Source: an uncultured Collinsella sp. (GTDB lineage: Bacteria > Actinomycetota > Coriobacteriia > Coriobacteriales > Coriobacteriaceae). Taken from it: a stretch of 64,000 bases of DNA. Positions 19,762 through 29,036 of the stretch are shown in pieces. A program made the translations under genes and the position numbers. Below the pieces are notes generated by a model. The model saw nothing but the letters and a program-made list of their open reading frames with translations. It searched no databases and had not been told where the DNA came from. How positions within the stretch are numbered: the first letter of the stretch is position 1; each line of letters starts with the position of its first letter. Location: the NCBI GenBank assembly GCA_900546475.1, contig URDI01000004.1, positions 1,451-65,450 of the forward strand. The letters are read 5' to 3'.

Positions 19762-20664
19762 CTACGAGACGCGCTCGGGCGCTCCTGCCATGTGAGCGTG
19801 CCCGTGTGCACGAAGACGCGGGAGCTCGACGGTTGCCACCATGACGCCGGTGAGGATGAGGGCGGCGCCAAAGAAGGCGATGGGGCTCAGGACCTCGCCG
19901 ACCAGGAAGAACGAGAAGACAGCGGAGCAGACCGGCTCGAGCGAGAAGGCAAAGCCGGTGGTCTCGGCGGGCACGTGGGGCTGCGCGAGCGTTTGGGTGA
20001 TAAAGCCGTAGGCAGAGCAGATGAGCGCGAGTGCGACGACGACCACGACCTCGCCCGGCGTGCCGGGAAGCGTGAAACCGCCAAAGGTGAATGCGGCGAT
20101 GCCCGAGAACAGGCCGCCGAAGCCCAGCTGCCAAACGCCCAAGGCCAGCGGATCGACTTCCTCGACAAAGCGCTTGGCTACGATAATGTGGCCAGCATAG
20201 ATAAAGGCCGAGAGCAGCATGATGATCGCACCGGGATTCAGGCTGGTAAAGTCGGCGCCCGAGAGCAGCAGCATACCGCAGGTGACGATGGCGGTGCCGA
20301 TGAGTACCTTGCGCTCGGGGGCGCGACGCAGCAGGGCGGCGTTGGCAAACGGCACGATCACGACCGTCAGGCTCTGCAAAAAGCCGGCGGTGGAGGCGGA
20401 GGTAAGGCTGGAGCCCAAGCACATGCAGGTGAGCTCGGTTGCCATGATGGCGCCGATGATGGCGGCGCGAACCATAAGGTCGCGGTTGATGCGCAGCGCG
20501 TGCTTGTGGAAGAGCAGCAGGCAGGCCACAAAGGCGATGATGCAGCGCAGCGCAACGATGCTCGTGGCGTTCATGCTGTCCATGCCGATCTTCATGAGGG
20601 GGTACGAAAAGCCCCATGCGACGGGAACGGAAAACGAGAGCGCGATTGCTTTTTTGCGATCCAT
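19762..20664 (-). CDS. DMT/EamA-family transporter
   Basis: 300 aa with ten hydrophobic helices. It is divergent from a LysR regulator gene. Confidence 0.75.
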   Translation of the reverse strand: MDRKKAIALSFSVPVAWGFSYPLMKIGMDSMNATSIVALRCIIAFVACLLLFHKHALRINRDLMVRAAIIGAIMATELTCMCLGSSLTSASTAGFLQSLTVVIVPFANAALLRRAPERKVLIGTAIVTCGMLLLSGADFTSLNPGAIIMLLSAFIYAGHIIVAKRFVEEVDPLALGVWQLGFGGLFSGIAAFTFGGFTLPGTPGEVVVVVALALICSAYGFITQTLAQPHVPAETTGFAFSLEPVCSAVFSFFLVGEVLSPIAFFGAALILTGVMVATVELPRLRAHGHAHMAGAPERVS

Positions 20665-20822
20665 GGGACTCCTTTTGTTACAGAACGGTTTCGCAAAAAG
20701 GATTCTGCTCCCAGATATGGATGTAGTAAAGCGAATGTATCTTCAGTATGATTAAGAAATACTAATGCTAGTAGAAAAAGCCCTGGCAAAACGTTTTACG
20801 GCTATACCGATGTGGAGGCACG

Positions 20823-21689
20823 ATGGCATCGCGATATCAGATTGTATGTATGGTGGTCGATTGCGGCAGCCTGAAACGCGCGGCCGACGAGCTAGGCTAT
20901 ACGCAAAGTGCGGTGAGCCAGGCCGTCAAGGCGCTCGAGCGCGAGCTGGGTACCACGCTTATCGAGCGCGGTAAGCAGGGCGTTTCGCTTACGCGCGACG
21001 GCAAGCAGTACCTGCCGTATCTGCGACAGATCGTAACTGCCGAGGCCGAGCTTGAGGGCAAACGCCAGGAATTGCTGGGACTCTCCTCGACTGATATTCG
21101 TATCGCAACGTTTACCAACGTGAGCCGCACCGTGTTGCCGCGCGTGATCCGCGACTTTGGTGCCCTGCATCCGGGTGTACGCTTTACGCTCAAACAGGGC
21201 GATTACACGCGCAATGCCCAGTGGGTGCACGATGGCGTGGTTGATTTTTGCTTTACGGCACGCGGATTTACTGCTGGGCTCGAGAAGCGCGTGGTCTATC
21301 ACGATGAGTTGGTAGCACTGTTGCCGGCCGCGCATCCGCTGACGGCAAAGGAAAAGGTGACGCTCGCCGACCTGGCGTCCGAGCCGTTTGTGCTGCTGGA
21401 TGAGGGCGAACAGAGCCTGGTGCTCGATGCATTCGCGGCGCATGGGCTGTCGCCGCACGTGACGAGCGAGGTGACCGACGACTACACCATCATGGCGATG
21501 GTGGAGGAGGGCCTAGGCGTGAGTATGCTGTATCGCCGTACCGTCGAGGGCATGAGGGCCGATATTCGCGTGCGTCCCATCGTGCACGCTCCCTCGCGTG
21601 ACGTAGTGGCAGCCTGGCGCAGCTGGGACACCATGCCTATCGCCACGAGGCACTTTATCGACTATATGAGCTCACATATTGTCAATTAA
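20823..21689 (+). CDS. LysR-family transcriptional regulator
   Basis: N-terminal HTH (GSLKRAADELGYTQSAVSQAVKALERELG) and a LysR substrate-binding domain. Confidence 0.9.
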   Translation: MASRYQIVCMVVDCGSLKRAADELGYTQSAVSQAVKALERELGTTLIERGKQGVSLTRDGKQYLPYLRQIVTAEAELEGKRQELLGLSSTDIRIATFTNVSRTVLPRVIRDFGALHPGVRFTLKQGDYTRNAQWVHDGVVDFCFTARGFTAGLEKRVVYHDELVALLPAAHPLTAKEKVTLADLASEPFVLLDEGEQSLVLDAFAAHGLSPHVTSEVTDDYTIMAMVEEGLGVSMLYRRTVEGMRADIRVRPIVHAPSRDVVAAWRSWDTMPIATRHFIDYMSSHIVN

Positions 21690-21716
21690 TGACTGGCATG
21701 GCGTTGAGTGCGGTGT

Positions 21717-23099
21717 TTAGCGGGCTGTCGCTTTGGCTTGGGCGGCGCGATAGGTGCGTGCCGGGTGGCAGAGTAGTACCGCCACGACCATAAAGAACGC
21801 CGTGGTGCCCAGGCTGATGGGGTAGACCATCATGATGTTCGCAAAGGTGCGGAAGTGCGGGAACACGCAGAATACCCAATAGAAGCGAATACCGCAGACG
21901 CAGATCATGGTGATGAGGGCGGGCATGAGCGAGATGCCAAAGCCGCGCAGGTAGCCGGACATGTTTTCGTAGAACATGCTAAAGGCGTAGGCAGGGAAGA
22001 TCGAGCACACGCGGATATAGCCGATCGAGACGATGTTGGGGTCGCTGTTGAACAGCGCCAGGATTTCGCGTCCCAAGCCTACGATGATGACGATGGTGGT
22101 GAGCGCGACGATACCGCCTTCGATCAGGCAGACCTTGAGCGTCTTGGTGCAGCGGTCGATCTGGCGAGCGCCGTGGTTTTGTCCCACAAAGGTGGTGCAA
22201 GCCTGGCTAAAGCTGTTGAGCAGGTTGTAGCACACGTACTCCAAGCTCATGGCGGCGCTTGATGCCGCCATGACCTCGGTGCCCAAGCTGTTGATGGCGG
22301 ACTGGATGATGATGTTAGCGACGGCAAAGACAGCGCTTTGGATGCCGGCGGGCAGGCCGATCTTGACGATGCGCTTGAGGGCGACGGGGTCTAAGCCTAA
22401 GTCGCGTGGGGTGACGCGGACGACGGAGTCGGTCTTGAGCAGGTGGACAAAGAGTGTGGCGGCGCTGACGGTGTAGGCGATGGCGGTGGCGATGGCGACG
22501 CCCGCGACGCCCCAGTGGAGCACGGGGACAAAGATGAGGTCCAGGCCAATGTTGAGGACGGTGGACACGGCGAGCGCCTGCAGCGGCATGCGGGTGATGC
22601 CGACGGAGCGGAAGATCGCGGCCTCAAAGTTGTAGAGCAAGATCGAGGGCATGCTGAGCAAAAAGACGCGCAGGTAGAGCGAAGCGAGCGGCATGGTCTC
22701 GGCAGGCACGTTGAGCGCAGCGAGCATGGGCTCGGCAAAGATCTCGCCCAGTGCGATGACGACAAAGCCCACGAGCGCCATTAAAATCGAGGTGTGGACG
22801 GCGCGGTTGACCATGTTCTGATCGTTGCGGCCGATAGCGTTGGCGATGACCACGTTGGAGCCAAGCGACATGCCAATAAAAAGGTTGAGCATAAGACTGG
22901 TAAGCGGAACATTGGAGCCGACCGCCGCCATGGCGAGGGTTCCCTGGTCGCCCGAGAAGTTACCGATGATGACCGTGGCGATGAGGTTCGACAGCTGCTC
23001 CAAGATGCTCGTGGCGGCCACGGGGAAGGCGAACAGGGGAATATTGCGCCATAGCGAGCCGGTGGTCATGTCAATGTGCTTAGATGCGGTGTCTGCCAT
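21717..23099 (-). CDS. MATE-family efflux transporter
   Basis: 460 aa with 12 TM helices. The N-terminus (GSLWRNIPLFAFPVAATSILEQL) is typical of NorM/DinF-type MATE proteins. Confidence 0.85.
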   Translation of the reverse strand: MADTASKHIDMTTGSLWRNIPLFAFPVAATSILEQLSNLIATVIIGNFSGDQGTLAMAAVGSNVPLTSLMLNLFIGMSLGSNVVIANAIGRNDQNMVNRAVHTSILMALVGFVVIALGEIFAEPMLAALNVPAETMPLASLYLRVFLLSMPSILLYNFEAAIFRSVGITRMPLQALAVSTVLNIGLDLIFVPVLHWGVAGVAIATAIAYTVSAATLFVHLLKTDSVVRVTPRDLGLDPVALKRIVKIGLPAGIQSAVFAVANIIIQSAINSLGTEVMAASSAAMSLEYVCYNLLNSFSQACTTFVGQNHGARQIDRCTKTLKVCLIEGGIVALTTIVIIVGLGREILALFNSDPNIVSIGYIRVCSIFPAYAFSMFYENMSGYLRGFGISLMPALITMICVCGIRFYWVFCVFPHFRTFANIMMVYPISLGTTAFFMVVAVLLCHPARTYRAAQAKATAR

Positions 23100-23168
23100 A
23101 CGCTCTCAATCTCTAATATGCTCTTTCGTGCTTATTTGCGCAGACGATGATACTCCTAATGCAGCCAG

Positions 23169-23222
23169 CCGGCACTTAGGGACGTTCCTTTTCTGTCGGC
23201 AGCTGGGGACACTCCTTGTCTC
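23169..23222. repeat. Two tandem direct copies of the CCGGCA-N-TTGGGGACGTTC repeat family
   Basis: GCCGGCACTTAGGGACGTTCCTTTT is followed by TCGGCAGCTGGGGACACTCCTTGT. It is related to the arms of the 9124-9233 element. Confidence 0.6.
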
Positions 23223-23290
23223 TTCTATGACTAGGTGGGGAAGGCGTGCGACAATGGTGGGCGTTGTGTTGTTCGCGCTAAGGAGTTGCC

Positions 23291-24103
23291 ATGTTGTTGT
23301 GTCCCGTTTGCCATGAACCGTTGGTGGACGACGAGCGCGGTGCTGCATGCGCGGGCGGACACCGATTTGACCGTGCGCGCGAGGGCTATCTGTATCTGCT
23401 GCGCTCGTCCAAGAGCGGCGACTCCATGGGCGATCCCAAGTCGCAGGCGCGCAGCCGTCGCGACTTTCTTAACCGCGGTTACTACGCGCCGTTGCGCGAT
23501 GCGATGGTCGAGCTGGTGCGCGAGCGGGTGTCTGAACGTGCCGCGTCTACGAACGGCCCCATGACCTTGCTCGATATTTGCTGCGGCGAGGGCTACTACA
23601 CCAGCGCCATGGGTGCGGTGCCGGGCGTGGATGCTTACGGTTTCGACCTGGGCAAAGAGATGGTGCGCCTGGCCGCCAAGCGCGGCGATGCGACCTACTT
23701 CGTGGCCAACATGAAGGACATCCCCGTGGCTGATGGCGCCTTTGATATGGTGACCGAACTCTTTGCTCCCTTTAACGAGCGTGAGTTTTCTCGCGTGCTG
23801 GCGCCCGAGGGCTCGCTCTACACCGTGGTGCCGGGTGCTCGGCATCTGTTTGGGCTCAAGGAGGTGCTCTACGACACGCCATATCTCAACGATGAGAAGC
23901 TGCCGAAGACGACCGAGCTGGAGTTGGTGGGAACGCAACGGGTGTCTGCGAACATTACGCTCCAGACGCAGGCCGACATCGAGGCGGTGTTCCAGATGAC
24001 ACCGTACTACTACCGCACGCGCCCCGCCGACAAAGAGCGCCTGGCAAACCTGGACACCCTTCAAACCGACATCGACTTCATCATCGCCGAGTACCGCCAC
24101 TAA
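23291..24103 (+). CDS. 23S rRNA (guanine-N1)-methyltransferase RlmA-like
   Basis: N-terminal zinc site LLCPVCHEPL..CAGGHRFD..GYLYLL is followed by a class I SAM methyltransferase motif (LLDICCGEGYY). Confidence 0.8.
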   Translation: MLLCPVCHEPLVDDERGAACAGGHRFDRAREGYLYLLRSSKSGDSMGDPKSQARSRRDFLNRGYYAPLRDAMVELVRERVSERAASTNGPMTLLDICCGEGYYTSAMGAVPGVDAYGFDLGKEMVRLAAKRGDATYFVANMKDIPVADGAFDMVTELFAPFNEREFSRVLAPEGSLYTVVPGARHLFGLKEVLYDTPYLNDEKLPKTTELELVGTQRVSANITLQTQADIEAVFQMTPYYYRTRPADKERLANLDTLQTDIDFIIAEYRH

Positions 24104-24153
24104 CCTACCAAAAAGGGACAGGTTTATTTTGGCAGGTTTTATCTGGGCAAATG
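24103..24153. repeat. Copy of the ACCTGCCAAAAAGGGACAGGTTTATTTTGGCAGGT hairpin repeat family
   Basis: ACCTACCAAAAAGGGACAGGTTTATTTTGGCAGGTTTTATCTGGGCAAA is nearly identical to the units at 48323-48424. Confidence 0.8.
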
Positions 24154-24154
24154 C

Positions 24155-24192
24155 AAAGGGCCGACCGCGGAGATGTGCGATCGGCCCTTTTT
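24155..24192. terminator. Bidirectional intrinsic terminator
   Basis: AAAGGGCCGA..TCGGCCCTTTTT has an A-run before the stem and a T-run after it. It lies between convergent genes. Confidence 0.7.
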
Positions 24193-24228
24193 AGTTGCTT
24201 GGCTGCAGAGGCTATGAGAAGCGAGCGC

Positions 24229-24630
24229 TTACAGGCGGTCCTTGTTCTCGGCCTTGACGGCGTGCGCCTGCTGAACAAAGAACAGGTCGTACACCACGAT
24301 GACAAAGGCGCCAAAGTTGATGGCGTCGCCGCCAAACGCGGGAAGCGTGAGCACGGCCTGCGCAATCGTGGCGATTGCGGCGACGATGCCGAGCTTAAAC
24401 GCGCCATCCACCTGCGAAGGCTTGTTGGCGCCCTTGATGCCCGCAACACCTGCGGCAAGATCGACAAGACCCTTGATGACAAGTACGGCCGCGGCGAGCA
24501 TGGCGTTCGGCCCGTACGTGGAATCGAGACTGCCTCGGGCGATGCCGACGCCGGCGATGACGAGGCTGGCGATGCCCAAAACAAAGTAAATGAGGGCAAG
24601 GATTTTGAGTGTCTTGCGAGCGTAGCTCAT
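24229..24630 (-). CDS. Small integral membrane protein, function unknown
   Basis: 133 aa from MSYARKTLKILALIYFVLGIASLVIAG, with four hydrophobic segments. The upstream part of the track ORF has no coding character. Confidence 0.55.
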   Translation of the reverse strand: MSYARKTLKILALIYFVLGIASLVIAGVGIARGSLDSTYGPNAMLAAAVLVIKGLVDLAAGVAGIKGANKPSQVDGAFKLGIVAAIATIAQAVLTLPAFGGDAINFGAFVIVVYDLFFVQQAHAVKAENKDRL

Positions 24631-24859
24631 GGCTGGATCCTTTCGATACGAGTACGGCCGATCTGGCGTACCCCCTGTGCTGCACATATGGTGAAGCACA
24701 TTGTAGTTCAACGCGGCGGCGCATGCGTCTGAAAGCGCTTTAGGCCTGCGCACCTCAACCTTTCAAAAAGGAAAGCTGGACGTAAGTCAAATCGATGGCA
24801 GCTCATGTGCGGCGCTGCGATGATGAGGATGTAACAAGGAGTTGGTCTAAGGAGGAGCC

Positions 24860-25003
24860 ATGATGTACGGAACAGGGCAGGCGCGCGAGCCGCAATCGTT
24901 GGGAAGGCGCATGAGCGATTCTGTGATCGCTGCCGTGTGCACGGGATTGATGGCGGTGCTTTGCATTGGGATGCTGTGGGCCATGTCGCATGTGGGACAA
25001 TAG
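24860..25003 (+). CDS. Candidate 47-aa single-pass membrane micro-protein
   Basis: A strong AAGGAGGAG Shine-Dalgarno lies immediately upstream of ATGATG. The translation is MMYGTGQAREPQSLGRRMSDSVIAAVCTGLMAVLCIGMLWAMSHVGQ. It is below the ORF-track length cut-off. Confidence 0.4.
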   Translation: MMYGTGQAREPQSLGRRMSDSVIAAVCTGLMAVLCIGMLWAMSHVGQ

Positions 25004-25066
25004 CGGACGATTGGGTGCCGACACATGCGGCGCTCACGTATCCGCTTTGCTTGCTAAGGAGTACCC

Positions 25067-25771
25067 ATGGGCGTCGTCGATCCCTTTTCTGTTGCTCGGG
25101 CCGCGGGGCTTGAGCTGATCGGGAAGCCCGAGGGCCTCACGCTCACCGACGGTGCGATGGAGTTGCGTGCCGATTTTGGCCGCATGCTTCCACGGCTCAA
25201 GCAGGGCCGTCTGCAGCAAGAGCTACTGGTGAAGGCTGCGCGCACAAAAGGCATCGAGCAACCATGGGCGATTGACGCCACGGCAGGCTTTGGCGAGGAT
25301 TCGCTGCTGCTGGCGGCAGCGGGCTTTACCGTCGATCTGTATGAACAGGACTGCGTGATCGCGGCGCTGCTCCAGGATGCCCTGGATCGCGCGGCAGATG
25401 ATTCGGCGCTTGCGGCCGCCGTGGCGCGCATGCACTTACATGCGGGCGAGGACAGCATTGCCGGCCTTCGCCATACAGCTGAGCTGATCGGGCAGGGCGA
25501 GCTTGCCGCTCCCGACGTGGTGTATCTGGACCCCATGTTTCCCGAGCGCACCAAGAGCGCGGCGGTGAAAAAGAAGTTCCAACTCTTGCACCATTTGGAA
25601 CAGCCGTGTGCCGATGAGGAGACGCTGGTTAAAGCTGCGCTTGCGGCGCGCCCGCGCAAGGTCGTTATCAAGCGGCCGGTAAAGGGACCGCTGCTTGCCG
25701 GCGTTAAGCCGAGCTATCAACTTGCGGGCAAGGCCGTTCGTTACGATATTTTGGTGCCGCCGCGCCCGTAG
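25067..25771 (+). CDS. 16S rRNA (guanine-N2)-methyltransferase RsmJ-like SAM-dependent methyltransferase
   Basis: DATAGFGEDS SAM motif and YLDPMFPERTKSA, which is typical of the RsmJ (PF04445) family. Confidence 0.75.
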   Translation: MGVVDPFSVARAAGLELIGKPEGLTLTDGAMELRADFGRMLPRLKQGRLQQELLVKAARTKGIEQPWAIDATAGFGEDSLLLAAAGFTVDLYEQDCVIAALLQDALDRAADDSALAAAVARMHLHAGEDSIAGLRHTAELIGQGELAAPDVVYLDPMFPERTKSAAVKKKFQLLHHLEQPCADEETLVKAALAARPRKVVIKRPVKGPLLAGVKPSYQLAGKAVRYDILVPPRP

Positions 25772-25819
25772 CTTGCGCGCGATAGCTGGCGCTCCGTCAG
25801 TGCCGTGCCGAAGTGGCGC

Positions 25820-26116
25820 CTATTTCCAAGGGTGCGACGTCAGGTGCCATCCGCCGCAGTATTCGCATTTGTAGCAGGCCAAACCGCGCCGTCCGCGGTT
25901 TTCGCAGTCGGCCATAACTGCCTCGGCCTCGGCGCGCGTGTCGTAACGGTTTTTGCGCTCGCACGACTTGTAGCGCCAGGCTTCATCGCGCTCGGCGTCT
26001 AGTGCGTCGCGGCGCACGTCTTCGCGTGCAAACAGGTCGCTCATATCGCCGCCCGTGGCAGCGCCTAAAAACTCGCTTTTGGCTTTTGACCAGGCGGCTC
26101 GCTTTTTGCTACCCAT
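25820..26116 (-). CDS. Hypothetical small protein with a C-terminal Cys-rich knuckle
   Basis: 98 aa ending ..ACYKCEYCGGWHLTSHPWK, with plausible coding bias. I recognise no family. Confidence 0.45.
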   Translation of the reverse strand: MGSKKRAAWSKAKSEFLGAATGGDMSDLFAREDVRRDALDAERDEAWRYKSCERKNRYDTRAEAEAVMADCENRGRRGLACYKCEYCGGWHLTSHPWK

Positions 26117-26190
26117 CTGCTTCGCGCCCTTCTCAAAACGTTGGTATCATTGCTCAATCAAAGTGATACCAATAAACGTGAGGTCGCCGC

Positions 26191-26682
26191 GTGATGATCA
26201 GAAAAACCCTCGATACCGACATTCCCGCCGTCATGGCTATCTATGACGCGGCCCGCGCCTTTATGCGTGCGCATGGCAACGCCACGCAGTGGCCCGAGGG
26301 CACGCCTTCTGCCGAGCAGCTGGCTGCCGATATCGCCGCCGGTGGCAGCTATGTGTGCGAAGTCGACGGTCGCGTGGTGGCGACGTTTGCCTTTTTGCCG
26401 GGCCCGGACGAGTGCTACGACGTCATCGAGGACGGCCAGTGGCGTAGCGACACTCCGTACGCCGTACTGCACCGCGTGGCGTCCGACGGCACCGTGCACG
26501 GTATCGCGGCTGCGATGTTTGCCTTTGCCAAGGAGCGCGCCGACCATCTGCGTATCGATACGCACGCGGACAACCTGCCCATGCAGGGCGCGAGCATGAA
26601 GGCGGGGTTCGAGCGCGCCGGCGTCGTGTATGTGTCGGACGGCACGCCGCGCGTCGCGTTCGATTGGCTGCGCGAGGCATAA
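26191..26682 (+). CDS. GNAT-family N-acetyltransferase
   Basis: 163 aa with an acetyl-CoA pocket region (HRVASDGTVHGIAAAMFAFA). Confidence 0.75.
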   Translation: MMIRKTLDTDIPAVMAIYDAARAFMRAHGNATQWPEGTPSAEQLAADIAAGGSYVCEVDGRVVATFAFLPGPDECYDVIEDGQWRSDTPYAVLHRVASDGTVHGIAAAMFAFAKERADHLRIDTHADNLPMQGASMKAGFERAGVVYVSDGTPRVAFDWLREA

Positions 26683-26716
26683 GAGCGGGGACGCGTATCA
26701 ACAATCCATGTACATG

Positions 26717-26744
26717 AAAATGGCCCCGGGTGGGGCCATTTTTG
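26717..26744 (+). terminator. Intrinsic terminator after the GNAT gene
   Basis: AAAATGGCCCC-GGG-TGGGGCCATTTT. Confidence 0.75.
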
Positions 26745-26939
26745 GTCGCTGCGCTGTTAGGGGAGGTGCCGGCTTTCGCAAGGCGCGAACCTACGAAAAT
26801 CGCCGCGCGGCAACGCAGGGCGATGAGCTCGGTCGGGGGATAGGGCCCGCTTCGCCCGCCGGCTCGTAAATTGTATCATCCAGTGTGGAACGAGAATGCC
26901 TGTCGCCGTGCGCGACGGGCTTGCAATAAGAGGAGAGCC

Positions 26940-28943
26940 ATGTCGAAGCAAGCGGTCGTTGGAATCTTGGCGCATGTCGATGCCGGCAAGACTACGCTGG
27001 CCGAGGCCATGCTGTTCAACGCAGGTCGCATTCGCAAGCGCGGCCGTGTGGACGACGGCGACTCGCACCTGGATACCAACGCTATCGAACGCGAGCGCGG
27101 CATCACGATTTTCTCGTCGCAGGCCGTGCTCGACCACGGAGATGCCAACGTCATGCTCGTGGATGCACCGGGGCATGTCGATTTTTCTGCCGAGGCGGAG
27201 CGCACGTTGCGCGCGCTCGACTACGCGATTTTGGTTGTGGGCGCCAACGATGGCGTGCAGGGACACACCGAAACCCTGTGGCGCCTGCTTGCGCGCTATG
27301 ACATCCCGACGTTCGTCTTTATCAACAAAATTGATTTGGAGCATCCCGGCCGCGATGTTTTACTGGCACAACTTGGGCAGCGCCTTTCCGAGGGCTGCCT
27401 AGATGCCAGCGAACTACTGGCGGGTGGTGCCGTTCAGGAGGACGCTGCTGCGTTGGACGAGGCGGCGCTCGATGAGTTTCTTGAGACGGGCGAGCTTTCT
27501 GTTGCAACGCTGTCGCGCATGGTTCCCGAGCGCAAGCTCTTTCCCTGCTTTGCCGGCTCGGCGCTCAAGGACCAAGGCGTTGACGAGCTGCTGGATGGCA
27601 TATGCGCGCTGATGCGTGAACAGGCGTGGCTCCCGGAGTTTGCTGCGCGCGTCTATCGTGTCAGCCGCGGGGATCGTGGCGAGCGCTTGGCTTGGGTTAA
27701 AGTGACCGGCGGCACGCTGCATGCCAAACAGATGATTGACGGACGTTCCGGTGCCGAGGCATGGGAGCAGAAGGTCGATCAGGTACGCATCTATAACGGC
27801 GAGAAGTATGAGCTTGCCCAGGAAGTTGCCGCTGGCGGCATCTGCGCCGTGACGGGCCTCGCACACGTTCGCCCGGGTGATGCCCTGGGCGCGGAGCCCG
27901 CGGGCGATGCACCTGTCATTGCGCCGGTCCTCACCTATACGGTGCTACCGGGCGAACACGATGTCCATGCGGTGTTTAAAGCGCTGACCGAGTTGGCGGA
28001 CGAAGACCCCATGCTCGGCGTAAGCTGGAATACGCATCTTGAGCAGATTCACTTGCAGTTGATGGGAGCCGTGCAGCTCGAGGTCGTGCAGCGGGTGTTG
28101 GCCGATCGCTTTGGCCTTACGATTGAGTTTGAGTCCGGCGGCATTCTCTATAAGGAGACGATCTCGCAGCCGGTCGAGGGTGTGGGCCACTTTGAGCCAC
28201 TGCGCCATTACGCCGAGGTGCACCTGCGCCTTGAGCCGCTGCCGGCGGGCTCAGGCGTGCAATTTGGTACCGCTACCTCGACTGACGAGCTCGATCTGAA
28301 CTGGCAGCGCCTGGCGCTCACCAACGCCATGGAGCGCGATCACCTGGGCGTGTTGACCGGCTCGCCCATCACCGATGTGCGCATCACGCTTACGGGTGGC
28401 CGTGCACATGCCAAACACACCGAGGGCGGTGATTTTCGTCAGGCCACGTACCGCGCGATTCGTCAGGGTTTGATGCGGGCACGCGAGGCGGGTGCGGCGG
28501 TGCTGTTGGAGCCGTGGTACCACTTTGAGCTCGAGGTGCCGGGGGAGTGCGTGGGCAGGGCGCTTTCGGATGTCACGCGCATGGGCGCCGAGTACGAGCC
28601 GCCGGCGATGGCGGCCGACCGGGCGAAGCTTGTGGGTCGCGTGCCGGTATCCGAGGTGCAGGATTACGCGCTGGAGGTGGCTGCCTACACGAGCGGCCGC
28701 GGGCATTTGTACCTTGAGTTCGCCGGTTATGCGGCTTGCCATGATGCCGAGCGCGTCATCGAGGCGGCCGCCTATGAGCCCGAGGCCGATCTGCCCAACA
28801 CGCCCGATTCGGTCTTTTGCGCCCACGGCGCCGGCTATACGGTCAAATGGTACGACGTGCCCGCCGCGGCACACGTAAAGATCGATCCCGCCACCTTCCG
28901 CCCCTATCGCCCCGCCGACGCCGAGTTTTTCGGCCACATGTGA
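26940..28943 (+). CDS. TetM/TetO-like ribosomal-protection-type translational GTPase (EF-G paralog)
   Basis: GILAHVDAGKTTL, DAPGHVDF and FINKID G-motifs, with EF-G-like domains II-V. ATG 26940 has an AGGAGAG Shine-Dalgarno. The TGA stop lies inside palindrome copy 1. Confidence 0.85.
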   Translation: MSKQAVVGILAHVDAGKTTLAEAMLFNAGRIRKRGRVDDGDSHLDTNAIERERGITIFSSQAVLDHGDANVMLVDAPGHVDFSAEAERTLRALDYAILVVGANDGVQGHTETLWRLLARYDIPTFVFINKIDLEHPGRDVLLAQLGQRLSEGCLDASELLAGGAVQEDAAALDEAALDEFLETGELSVATLSRMVPERKLFPCFAGSALKDQGVDELLDGICALMREQAWLPEFAARVYRVSRGDRGERLAWVKVTGGTLHAKQMIDGRSGAEAWEQKVDQVRIYNGEKYELAQEVAAGGICAVTGLAHVRPGDALGAEPAGDAPVIAPVLTYTVLPGEHDVHAVFKALTELADEDPMLGVSWNTHLEQIHLQLMGAVQLEVVQRVLADRFGLTIEFESGGILYKETISQPVEGVGHFEPLRHYAEVHLRLEPLPAGSGVQFGTATSTDELDLNWQRLALTNAMERDHLGVLTGSPITDVRITLTGGRAHAKHTEGGDFRQATYRAIRQGLMRAREAGAAVLLEPWYHFELEVPGECVGRALSDVTRMGAEYEPPAMAADRAKLVGRVPVSEVQDYALEVAAYTSGRGHLYLEFAGYAACHDAERVIEAAAYEPEADLPNTPDSVFCAHGAGYTVKWYDVPAAAHVKIDPATFRPYRPADAEFFGHM

Positions 28944-28968
28944 CAAAGGGACAGTCCCTTTGTCACAT
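28938..28968. repeat. Palindrome family 1, copy 1 (ATGTGACAAAGGGAC-A-GTCCCTTTGTCACAT)
   Basis: A perfect 15+1+15 palindrome with central base A. Confidence 0.95.
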
Positions 28969-29036
28969 TCAGTTGGTGTAACTCGGTATAAGTTGGTATA
29001 ACTATTACCAGCCTTTGCCAATTCGAGGAGGCCGAC

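Noticed and set aside
26141-26172. The 9-bp inverted repeat TTGGTATCA-N14-TGATACCAA between the small Cys-rich protein gene and the GNAT gene, read as an operator.
   Set aside because: The repeat is real, but no regulator gene is adjacent and I cannot link it to any known binding consensus. It is too speculative to list as a feature.
26940-28943. Calling the EF-G paralog an acquired tet(M)/tet(W) resistance gene.
   Set aside because: The GC content matches the host and no mobile-element hallmarks flank it. The sequence differs substantially from what I recall of Tet(W) and Tet(M). Only family membership can be supported.
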